Assembly (NCBI GenBank): GCA_965644295.1
Contig: CBFFRP010000527.1
Coordinates: 1 to 64,000, forward strand
Direction of reading: 5' to 3'
Length of the DNA: 64,000 nucleotides
From: Paraphysomonas bandaiensis
Taxonomy: Eukaryota; Protista; Chrysophyceae
Below the pieces are notes generated by a model that was not told where the DNA came from, ran no database searches, and was given only the letters and a program-made list of their open reading frames with translations. The position numbers and the translations under genes are program-made. Of the stretch, positions 1 through 11,210 are shown one piece after another (position 1 is the first letter of the stretch; every line of letters starts with the position of its first letter).

Positions 1-1462
1 CGAGGAGAATAAGAATCCTTTTACTTGTTACTATGCCCAGCTACTCCATCAGGTACATACCTCTATACACATACATATATATACATACATATATATATGC
101 CTATATACATACATACATATGATTACACTCACTATGTCTCATATCTTATACAGGGAAATATGCTACAGGATTTGGTAGGGATACTATGATACCATAACTC
201 TGTATGACTCCATATCATGCTGTAGGTACGTACTGGAACATACCAACAGGCCATTCTAGAAAACAGATCAAATTTTGAAGGAAAAGTTGTATTAGATGTT
301 GGGACAGGGACTGGAATTCTTTCATTTTTTGCTGCTCAAGCTGGAGCTAGAAAAGTATATGCTGTGGAAGCAAGTCAATCTGCAGAGTATGCTCAGTTAC
401 TGGCTGATCACAATGGCTTTTCTGGAATAGTAGAAGTAGTTCAAGGAAAGCTGGAGGATATTACATTACCTGAAAAGGTTGATGTAATTATATCGGAGCC
501 CATAGGTTTTTTGTTGGTGCATGAGCGGATGCTTGAGTCATACGTCGTGGCCCGGGACAAATTTTTGAAACCGAGCGGTCTCATGATGCCGACAACCGGA
601 AGCATTATTTTCTCACCAATGACTGATGACGCTTTGTATAAAGATCAGCTAGCGAAAGCTGCACTATGGGAGGTACTTATTTTTTAAGCCCTCTTACCCT
701 AATTCCATAATCTGATATTTTCTGCAGAATCCGAGTTTCTATGGCATTGATCTGACGCCTCTCGTGGAGAGGGCAAGACTTGAAAATTTTTCTCAACCCA
801 TTGTTGGATTCTTCCCATCTTCCAACCTGATCTCTTCGTCCCGTACTGTGCACTGTATAGACTTTGGAACTGTTACCACTGACGAGTTAACCAATTTCGA
901 GATCGCCTACAGATTTCCTATAGACAGAACAGGTTTTGAATCTGATGCTCCGTATATATTGTAAGATATCTGACTGAGTATGATGTGAGCAGCTATAATG
1001 CATGGGTTTGGATGCTGGTTTGATTTGGGGTTTCTTGGCCAAGACAATCACGTCGTGCTTTCCACCTCCCCAGACCATCCCGGAACTCACTGGTATCAGG
1101 TATATTTATGGGTTGTCTCGGTACTGCATGACCTCATATACACCGTCAGTGTCGCCTTCTATTGGCCGATCCCATTGCTGTAAATAGGGGTCAGGTGGTC
1201 GCAGGGAGAATGGTGTTTGTGGCGAATGACAGATTCAGCTATGACATCGAAATAACCGCTTGTATTGAAGGCACACATATCAGTACCACTAGCACTGTGC
1301 ACCTCCACGACCAGGTACTTATCGCTACCTGCCAACTTAGCTGATGCATTATCAAAGTGTTTCGCCTGTGTATATTATTTTTTCATTCATAGTGATTGAT
1401 GTTGGTATATGCAGGCATATCAGTATCTACAGACCGGTCCCACCACTGCAGAAGGCTTCTAG
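1..1462 (+). CDS. CARM1: Protein arginine methyltransferase 4 (CARM1), multi-exon, 5' end outside window
   Basis: Spliced reading gives [28 protein letters not shown] motif [12 protein letters not shown], double-E loop [19 protein letters not shown] and THW loop PGTHWYQ/CRLLL. Short GT-AG introns; stop TAG at 1460-1462. Confidence 0.93.
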
Positions 1463-1674
1463 GCTGAGAGGTGTGCATTTGCATATCCATTCAGGTTCAC
1501 TGATAGTATTTTTTCAGCAGCTGATGTCGATGTTCTTGATCTGGGCATAAATATAACTTAGATAGTGTGGGAGTGAAGTATGGTGGTGGTCGTTTGCTTG
1601 TGACCAATCCCGTGCTGAAGGCACCACAGTATAACTTCGATCTATAATTTTCTTCTGTATTGTTGATACGACAC

Positions 1675-2054
1675 TTCCGCACTCCACAGCTCAACTTTTG
1701 TTAGAATTGTTGAGTACATATAATGCTTGCATGATGGTTACGTTCCCTTGTATTCCCATAACATTAGCAGTTTTGTCCTATCGAGACTTCTGATTAATTC
1801 CATCATATTAATAAATGATAGTAAGTGTTCATAGCCGTCATGTGACTGTTTATTTTAAACGAATCACGGAAGTAGTAGAGTGCTGGGTCAGACCACATAA
1901 TACCCACTCCATGGGCTATTCACTCAACAACCAACTAGTAAAATTATGCTCGACATGTTTTACCATTCATTGGCATTCCCTACCATCTACAATTATATTC
2001 TTTCTTCCACCAATCAATAATCATATCAGACCTTCGATAGTCACAAACTTATAC
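1675..2054 (+). repeat. 380-bp direct repeat, copy 1 (host sequence duplicated around the Copia insertion)
   Basis: TTCCGCACTCC...CAAACTTATAC recurs at 7512-7891 (offset 5837, matching the twin ORFs at 1815 and 7652). Confidence 0.95.
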
Positions 2055-2347
2055 TATTAGAATATGGACTGTATCCTAGTATATTCAATGTGGTACTTGA
2101 AGACAATGTACGAGAATACAGTAAAGTATGGTGATGTGTAGATGCTGTTATGATATTGAGAAAACTGAAATAGTTTGCTCTTTCAAGATATGTTTAGTAG
2201 CGAAAGGTCTACAGAAGTAGTGATTTATGCATGGCACAAAACGAGCTTGTGTTGTTTAACACAATTCGTGTAAACGATATTAATAAATCTATCTAGTCTA
2301 ACAACTTAATCTCTCTTTGATCTAAGTAAAATGAGCATTTCCCAACA
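2055..2347 (+). repeat. 5' LTR (293 bp, TATTAG...CCCAACA)
   Basis: Matches 7216-7507 with no mismatch seen; directly followed by the PBS. Confidence 0.95.
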
Positions 2348-5300
2348 TGGTAGCGAGCGAGGAGGAGAGAAGGAGGATAGAGGAGTAGTTCCTCAGTTCA
2401 ACGAGACTAACGTTGAACAATGGATTGAGGACTTCGAGACATTCCTTATGAGGAAGGAACAAAGCGAGGTAGCGGTGGAACTGCCACCTAAGGAGAGCGA
2501 CTTCGGGGAGCAGCCACTTACGTTGATGGAGGAGAAGGCGTACAGACAGGCTGTGAAGAGGTATTGGAAGGCGAACGCCATAGCTTATTCTTACTGCAGG
2601 GATGCGGTGCAGCATTCCCCGAAAGCGCTGCGTAAATTCCATCTTACCCACAAAGCGTTCAAGGCAGAAGGGAGTGGTGTAAACAGGTTCAAAACACATG
2701 TAATGATTGATGAGTTGAAGAAGTGTTTTGCTGGAGGGAAGCAAAATAGGATCAGTGACCTCTTAACTCAATATGGTTCTTTCCGTATGCGTCCGGAGGA
2801 GACGGCGAAGGACTACGTACTACGGTTCGAACTACTGCTGAAGGAACTACAGGAGCAGCAGCAGGATATCTCGGAGGTATCAAAAACAAGTCGACTACGA
2901 GAAGGCTTGCTCAATGAAGAGTATGCTCAACTGAGAGTTGGATTATACTTGATGGATGATGATGTTAATTATGTAACTGTATCACGTAAGATAGAAGGCT
3001 ATGATGATACTATGGCTGGGAAGGAAGCGTTGGAGAAGAAGCGTAAAAGAGTGGAGGAGCTGAACCTGATAGACAGTAAGAAACGATATCGCAGAGAGAG
3101 GGATCATCGTAAGAAGAACAACGGTAAGAAGAAGCCGATGAAGAAGGATACAGAGATTACAGGGCAGCGACCTGGAAGTGCCGAATATACTGGGTGCAGA
3201 AATTGTAAGTCAAAGGAACATCTTGCCATCGATTGTCCAGCATCGAAAAAGAAGTACTCGCAAAGCAAGAGCAAGGCTGTGAGGTTTCAAGATGGAAGGA
3301 AACCAGACAAAAGACTACTTACAGTTGAAAACATCAGGCGTGGAGAGCCAGCGGATTTGTCTGACGAAGACGAAGCAAATATGATCGAGCAACAGGAAGA
3401 GTATCACTTGTCATGTAATGTGTATGAGACGAATATATGCAGTAGTGTGCATGAGGATATTCACTATACATACATTGATACCTGTTGTTCGTCATCAATG
3501 TTTTTGATAAATGATGTGAATATACTTGATAGTCATATGCACACATCAAAGGTTATTAATGGTTCGAAAAAAGGGTCAGAGATATGCGTCACGAGTGTAG
3601 GTTCCCGTGGAGCATGGAAGAACATTGAGGTATCAAGTCAGATAAATCGGTGTCTTTGTTCTGGACGGAAGTTGAACGATATGGGATATCGATTTACTGT
3701 ATGGTATGGTATACAGATATATGACAGAAATACGGATGAGCTGGTGTTGGAGGGACCTATGAAGAATGGAATGACTGCTGTGCCAACACAGCAGTTATTG
3801 GAGCTTCCAGACGTATCGACATCCAGTGATTCAGAAGTAAATCTCAGTGACCGTACGGGTGAGGATGAACTGGAGCTGTTACATAGGAGAGCGGGTCATT
3901 TTAACAAGCATGCGTTGGTAGAAGCCCACAAAAGAATGCTAATTATTGGGACTGGACTGAAACGAAAACATCTCTCGAAACGTGTTTCCAAAGAACAGTG
4001 TCTATGTGATGTATGCGCCAGGGCGAAGATCACCAGAGTAAGTTTTCGGACAAAGGATGAGGACTCCGTTCGTCCAAATTTCTCGGCCGATATAGCAGTA
4101 TACTTAAATTGTCCAGCTCGAGGAGGGGAAATATATGTGCTCAAACTAACACACCATGCCAGTCGGATGTTCTGGTCGGAAGGGCTTGTTCATAGGACTG
4201 GGTCATCGGTACTGCAGGTTTTCAAGAAGATTTTTGAAGGAGATGTGAAAAGGTACAAATTAGAAATGCATCATTACCATGCAGATGGAGCAGGGGAGCT
4301 AATATGTGATGAGCTGCGACAATATCTTAGGTCACAGGGTTGCTATCAACATACGTGGAGCTCTACGGACTCTCCTGAGATGAACGCGATTGAGGAGCGG
4401 AAATTCAGGACCTGTGGTGAGATGACATTAGCGATGCTGATTCAGTCAGGATTGCCTTCACAGTTTTGGCTAGATGCCTACATGGCAGCCAGGTACATAT
4501 TAATTCGATTGCCTACAAAGACAGCGAAGGGGTATATGTCCCCTCTTGAATTTTTGACTGGTGAGGCTCCCAACCTGAAATATCTCAGAGTATGGGGGTG
4601 TCGTGCGTATGTCCTCACTACAAAGGCGGATCGACGGAAAGACTGGGACGACAAGGCCCTTATCGGATATCTGATAGGATATTCAGATGAAAAGGTAGGA
4701 TATGATGTATATCTACCTGCGACTGATAGGGTCGTCACGTCGGTACATGTATTAACTGATGAGTCCATACCGTCACGCTCGGAGAGCTATTTCGCTGAGA
4801 TAGATGCTCTTCGAGTGAAGGAGGCCGAGAGACCGAAAATTGTGTCTGACTATGCGGGCTTAGAAGGTACATATCATATTGATGATGAGGATGGTCTTCT
4901 CTACAAGACCACGAGAGTAGTAGAACGAAAGGGGGTAATAGTAGCCTATCGATCTCTGGTAACTGCAGGTCGGAAGCATATCGAGCACCGGGTGCCGATT
5001 CACGTCGAGGACGTAGTGCGAATGACTGCAGAAACTCCCGGGAATACCGGATATATAGGAAAGGGGGACGCCCTGAGTACTATGCCAGCTAGGGTGCTGG
5101 ACCAGGGAAGACCTGGAGGGTTACAGGAGAGTCCTGACCCAACCTGTCAGGAGACAGCTGTGAGGTTGCAGACCTCTGAAGACTATGAGTCTGGGGTTGT
5201 GAGCGGGGCTCCTCCCACAACGCACGATGTGCGTGCTCAGGATGAGCAAGGTACGGGTTCTTATATACCTCGTCGACCGATTGAACTAGATGGTGATGGT

Positions 5301-7042
5301 CGGGTCCGACGCAAACGGCTGCAGCGGAGACTGGCAAACGCGTCAGTTTTAGGAGAGATTAATATGGTTGAAGTACCGGATGCGCATAATATTGATCTTA
5401 ACCATGCAGAGACAGAAGATATCAAGATACCAAATTCATATGCCGAGGCAGAGAGATCTCCACAGTATCAACAATGGAGAAAAGCTCGAATGGTGGAGAA
5501 GACATCATTGCTGAAAAGACGTGTCTTGAAGATCGTGAAAATTCCAAGCGGAGTGAAATTAGTTAGAGCGAAATATGTGCATACGGTGAAGCGAGACATA
5601 CTAGGGAATATAGTAAAGTACAAGGCTCGGCTAGTGGCATTAGGAAATCTCCAAGAGAAGAAGGAGGAGGAGCCGTCCACTTTCGCTCCAGTGGTTAAGG
5701 GTATAACCATTAGACTAGTGTTAGCGATTGCGTTTATGTTACAGATGCATGTGCATCAATTAGATGTATCATCCGCATTTTGCTATGCAGATCTGGAGGA
5801 TGACGTGTATATGGCACCTCCACCAGATGAGGAATTACTAGCTGGATGGTGTTTTCAACTAATCAAGGCATTGTATGGACTGCGATCTTCACCGCGACAG
5901 TGGAATAAACATATTGACAAGTTTATTAAATCATTGCATTTTACTCCGTGTATTTTGGATACGTGTTTGTATATGCGATGGAGTAACGGAAAACTGCATT
6001 TATTATTGATATATGTTGATGATATCATAATTGCATCCGCTGATCTGACTTACTTGGAAAGCGTAAAGCGTAGGTTCTGTGAAACATTCGAGATGCATGA
6101 TCTGGGAGTGTGTAAGCGATTTCTGAACATCAGGATAACCAGAGGAGAAAATTGGTATATGTTAGATCAATCTGAGTATGCTAAGAATATTATCAAGAAA
6201 TTCAGCTCAGTTATGGGAAAGAGTAGTAAGAATAAGGAGGCCCCACTACCTACTAATGTTCAGGATCTGTTGGCAGAGGAACGTGAACTTACGGAGGAGC
6301 AGAAGCAGTGGGTTGACTCATTTCCGTATCGGCAAATTATTGGAGCAGTGTTGTATCTAGCAATGCATACTAGACCTGATCTGGCTTATGCAGTGGGGTT
6401 ATTGTCTCGATTTAGTAGTTGTCCGACATATGCATCGTGCAAACTGGCGATTCACTTATTGAAATATTTGCGTGGAACAATTGATGAGGGCATCAGATTC
6501 AGTGGGAGTGAGTTCGACTTACATGTGTTCAGTGATTCAGATTGGGCTGGTGATAGACTGACTCGGCGATCGACAACAGGATACATTGTGTTCTTATGTG
6601 CAGGCGCATTGGCCTGGCAGTCTAAACTACAGACCACAGTTGCAACTTCGAGCATGGAATCTGAATATATGGCGGAGTATGCGGCTATGCAAGAACTGGT
6701 GTGGCTTCGGGGGTGTTCAAGGAGCTCGGGCTCTTAGTTGCGAAGCCGACTCCATTCTTTATGGATAGCAAGAGTGCGAAAGATCTCTCCGAGAATCCTG
6801 TGTATCATAAGAGGTCGAAGCATATAGACATCAAGTATCACTGGGTGAGAGAGCATGTAAATGGAAAATTTCCTACGGCAAAGTTGATTCATGTGTCGAC
6901 GGATGATATGGCGGCTGATATTTTCACGAAGGCATTGTCAACGAAACTTTTCAGTCGTCATGAGAAAACTATTACCGGGGTTAAGAGAAGTGTGTCAACC
7001 AGAGTTGAGGAGCAGCAGAAGAAGCGACCCCGAAGAGGTTAA
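2331..7042 (+). CDS. Copia gag-pol polyprotein with one frameshift in RNase H near 6709-6713
   Basis: Zn knuckle CRNCKSKEHLAIDC; protease YIDTCCSS; HHCC LLHRRAGH...CDVC; integrase SAD/HADGAGE/NAIEER; RT KARLVA, QLDVSSAF, YVDD; RNase H SDSDWAG, continued in ORF 6701-7042 (KRSKHIDIKYHWVRE, MAADIFTKAL). Confidence 0.95.
2348..2358 (+). promoter_or_regulatory. Primer binding site TGGTAGCGAGC, probably for initiator tRNA-Met
   Basis: Begins TGG right after the LTR. Its complement GCTCGCT-A-CCA fits the U72/A73 pattern of eukaryotic initiator tRNAs; tRNA identity is inferred. Confidence 0.8.
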
Positions 7043-7206
7043 AGGTGTGTTTTAGTGGGTGAGAATCCCACATAACTATATATCTAGTTGACTGCTAGTT
7101 ATATATGTATCTTGATAAGATTTCACATCTATTTTACCTATGAGACTAGTTTATAGCATGAAGATCACTGTACTCATTGTTGTTTCGTATCACTGCATTC
7201 TACATT

Positions 7207-7215
7207 GAGTGGGAG
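7207..7215 (+). promoter_or_regulatory. Polypurine tract GAGTGGGAG
   Basis: Purine-rich run abutting the 3' LTR start. Confidence 0.8.
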
Positions 7216-7507
7216 TATTAGAATATGGACTGTATCCTAGTATATTCAATGTGGTACTTGAAGACAATGTACGAGAATACAGTAAAGTATGGTGATGTGT
7301 AGATGCTGTTATGATATTGAGAAAACTGAAATAGTTTGCTCTTTCAAGATATGTTTAGTAGCGAAAGGTCTACAGAAGTAGTGATTTATGCATGGCACAA
7401 AACGAGCTTGTGTTGTTTAACACAATTCGTGTAAACGATATTAATAAATCTATCTAGTCTAACAACTTAATCTCTCTTTGATCTAAGTAAAATGAGCATT
7501 TCCCAAC
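7216..7507 (+). repeat. 3' LTR (292 bp, lacks the terminal A)
   Basis: Ends ...CCCAAC followed by TCAT, not ...CCCAACA. Confidence 0.95.
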
Positions 7508-7511
7508 TCAT

Positions 7512-7891
7512 TTCCGCACTCCACAGCTCAACTTTTGTTAGAATTGTTGAGTACATATAATGCTTGCATGATGGTTACGTTCCCTTGTATTCCCATAACA
7601 TTAGCAGTTTTGTCCTATCGAGACTTCTGATTAATTCCATCATATTAATAAATGATAGTAAGTGTTCATAGCCGTCATGTGACTGTTTATTTTAAACGAA
7701 TCACGGAAGTAGTAGAGTGCTGGGTCAGACCACATAATACCCACTCCATGGGCTATTCACTCAACAACCAACTAGTAAAATTATGCTCGACATGTTTTAC
7801 CATTCATTGGCATTCCCTACCATCTACAATTATATTCTTTCTTCCACCAATCAATAATCATATCAGACCTTCGATAGTCACAAACTTATAC
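7512..7891 (+). repeat. 380-bp direct repeat, copy 2
   Basis: Appears identical to 1675-2054. Confidence 0.95.
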
Positions 7892-8153
7892 AGCCTAAGT
7901 GTTTTAAGTTTTTCTAACATAATTAGAACTGTTATCTTAAACTATCTGTCATAATTCGAATACTTTGAAATACAGCTTCTACTTACACAGTAATTAGCAA
8001 ACCTCAACAAACACAACTACGGATTATAAAGTAACATAGAAAGGCACAAACTATCTCATTAATTAACTGACTACCAGAATATTATTACAGTACTCAACGA
8101 TTGGCCAAAGGTGTCTGTTAAGAATTCGCACCACATATACAATGTGCTATATT

Positions 8154-10456
8154 CTATTGAATGCCTTGTAAACTGCTACTGCTACCAGTGGTGACGATAT
8201 CATACATTTGACCTTCAGAAGAAATCACGGGATCTCCGGTTTCCGAATCCTCTGCGAATAGCTTCTCCCTGTTCAAAAGGAGCATTAATTCTTCATCCGA
8301 TATATCATCGGAGCTCAGTGTCGTGCGGCCAAGGTTTCGCACGTCGTCTTCCAACAGCTTCCGCAAGTGTGACACCGTGAACACTTCTCCTTGTCGGCGC
8401 CCCGCCTGCCTGAAGTCGCCTCCATGAATGGTCATCCGGTCAAGCTTTTTCTTGCTATAACATCATTACATCTAGCATTTAATTGAAAATCAGCATATAA
8501 TCACCTGATTTGCTTCTCCATCATTTCGATTTCTACACTTCCGGCAGTAAGGAATCTATAGACGGCTACATCTTTTTTCTGGCCTATGCGATGGCAGCGG
8601 TCCTGAGCCTGGAGGTCCTGATGCGGATTCCAGTCACTGTCGAAGAGAATCGCAGTGTCAGCGGATGCTAGATTTATTCCCAGTCCCCCAGCACGCGTAG
8701 AGAGAAGGAAAACGAACATATCTGGGTCCTGGTTAAAGCTGTCGATGGCTGCCTGACGATCGAGCACTTTCGTAGAACCGTCAATACGACAGCAACCGTA
8801 CCCGCGATACGCCAAGTAATCTTGAAGAATGTCAAGTAGTCGAGTCATTTGGGAGAATATCAGCACCCTATGACCACCTTCTCGCAGTACAGGTAGCATC
8901 CGATCTAACAGTTTGAATTTTCCCGAGGCCATTACCAGCAGGGCTGGGTTAGCCTCTCCCAAATATTTTCCACTAACACTGTCTCGAGGTTCTCCGAACA
9001 AAAAAGGATGGTTGCATACTTTTCTCAAATTCATGGTAGAATTCATCTGACTGGTGTCCCGTGCTCCTTCAACTCCCATTGCCACAAGGGTCTCACGTAT
9101 ACTTCCTTGCAGTACTCTGGCGTAGTACTCACGCTGCAAAGAACTCATACCACAGTAAATCACGACCTCTCGCTTGCTAGGCATACCAGATATGACATCG
9201 CGCTTCATACGTCGAAGAAGAAATGGTCGAAGGATTTCGTGCAGCTTAGAAACGAGTCCAGTGCGGGCCTCGTCGCCGACAATATCTTCCACTTGGGTCT
9301 CTCGACCAATGTTTCTGAAACCAAACCAAGACTGAAATACCTCCAGATCATCGAATATCATGGGATTCACGAAATTAAGTAAAGACCAAAGTTCCTCCAA
9401 TGTATTTTGGATGGGTGTTCCCGTCAAGAGCAATCGAGAGGTGGCAGTAATCTGCTTCAGTTCTCGTACTAGGCGACAATTTCTATTCTTAATACGGTGT
9501 CCTTCATCTAGAATGATGTATTGCCAAGTGATTTGCTCAAGAGCAGGGCGGTCAATCATACAGATCTCGAAAGAAGTCACCACCACAGGGAATGACATGT
9601 CCTTACTTTTATGCCGAGGTAATTGGGATGCTCTAATTGCAGCTCGTTCCTCCTTGCTGCCGTGGTAAAGTACCACTGGACAAGATGGAAGCCACTTTTT
9701 AAACTCATTCATCCAATTCGGCAATGTGGCTAGGGGGCCTGCGATAAGGAAAGGGCCGGGTGTACCCGCAGCTCGCAGCTGGGCAATGAGAGATATTATC
9801 TGTATAGTCTTGCCGAGACCCATCTCGTCTGCCAAAATTCCACTGAGTCCATTTTCCCATAAAGAAAGCAACCACTTGAGCCCTTCGACTTGGTATGGCA
9901 TCAGTGTACCTCCAACGAGTGTTGAGGTGACCTTGAAAGCATCTCCATCTTGTACTCCACCTGGGCTATCACTTTCCTTCCCACGGGATCGCTTATTTGA
10001 CTGGCTTTTTCGGGTAGAATTCTTTCGCTTACGAGATTTCGTATCAGTTTGAGATTCTGTATCATTCTCAGTAGTTGCACTAAAATGTCCTGCTTCAATT
10101 CGTCTTCGACATCTTTCTTGATTTTCTTTAATAAAATATGAAAATGTTTCTGCTTTAAGAAGTAAAAGATTTAATTGTTGTCCTTTAGCTTTTAATTCTT
10201 GTGTCTTTGCAGCTAGACTATTAATATCAGTAACTCCTACATCAAATCCACGTAATAATGTAGGTACTACTGGTGGTTGTTCATCATTTTCTTTTGTTTT
10301 ATTTTCTATTTCATTAGCATTAATTTCAGCTTCAGCAATTTTTTGGGCATCTAGAATACTACTTGAGATGTTAGGATCTGTTAGTTCATTAGTATCTGAT
10401 GACATGACAGGAGGGGGTGATGGAGGACAGTCAGTTGATAATGTATTGACAACCAT
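8154..10456 (-). CDS. DDM1: SNF2-family chromatin remodeller, DDM1/LSH (HELLS) subfamily; 2 exons (intron 8455-8504)
   Basis: LWENGLSGILADEMGLGKT, DEGH, LLTGTPIQN, LRKVCNHPFLF, STRAGGLGINL, QAQDRCHRIGQ. LVSKLHEILRPFLLRRMK and C-terminal ISDEELMLLLNR are typical of DDM1/HELLS. Confidence 0.9.
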
Positions 10457-11210
10457 GTGTGATTTGATATATAAGTAAGTGTGATGGAATGATGTAATAT
10501 ATGGAGATAAGAAGGTGAGAGTGTGATGGGAACAAGTATATATATATATACGAGATACAGCAGCAGGGTATACTATACAGGTGTATGTCTATATATATAT
10601 ATGGTATATCGTATACAGAGAGACGTAGAGAGAAGGGATGGATATAGTAGTGGTGCTGTGATCTGATTGGATGAATTTATATACAAAGTTTCAAAAATTC
10701 AAAAGATTTAAATTTCGAAAATAGGTATGTATACAGTACCGTAGAAAGCAGTATATGGTCTACAATCAGTGGTGTGTATGACCAACAGCAGTATGCATGG
10801 AATACTGTATTTTTCAATGGGCTACATCCCTAAACCCCTGGTTTTATAGAATGGGGGTTGAATCCCTTGAAAAATTGCCGAAAAGAACAATCAATATCCA
10901 CAACTCCACGGAACTACGCAGATTGGTTATATCTACCAGTACGTACGTATGTATGGAACTTTATAAGACGTCATATCTAATTCTCCTCCTCAACAACACA
11001 CCATTCCACCATATATAAACAAAAAAACATACAGTACTTCAAGTAAAACATTAACTTCACTTCATACTTCGTGTGTATCTTATACTTCATACTGTATGTT
11101 CTTATCATACATACATAATCATACATACATAATCATACATACATACATGTATGTTACTTTAGCTGTATAGTAGTCATATATACATACTTCAGAGACTCTT
11201 ATTGATTGAT

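Larger units (their letters stand above)
2055..7507 (+). mobile_element. Full-length Ty1/Copia LTR retrotransposon
   Basis: Two LTRs, PBS and PPT; domain order gag-PR-IN-RT-RNaseH is the Copia order. Confidence 0.97.

Noticed and set aside
1675-2347. Treating the 380-bp repeat as part of a longer LTR or as DIRS/Ngaro split repeats
   Set aside because: The order is A-B...B-A, the PBS and PPT delimit B alone, and the element encodes a DDE integrase rather than a tyrosine recombinase.
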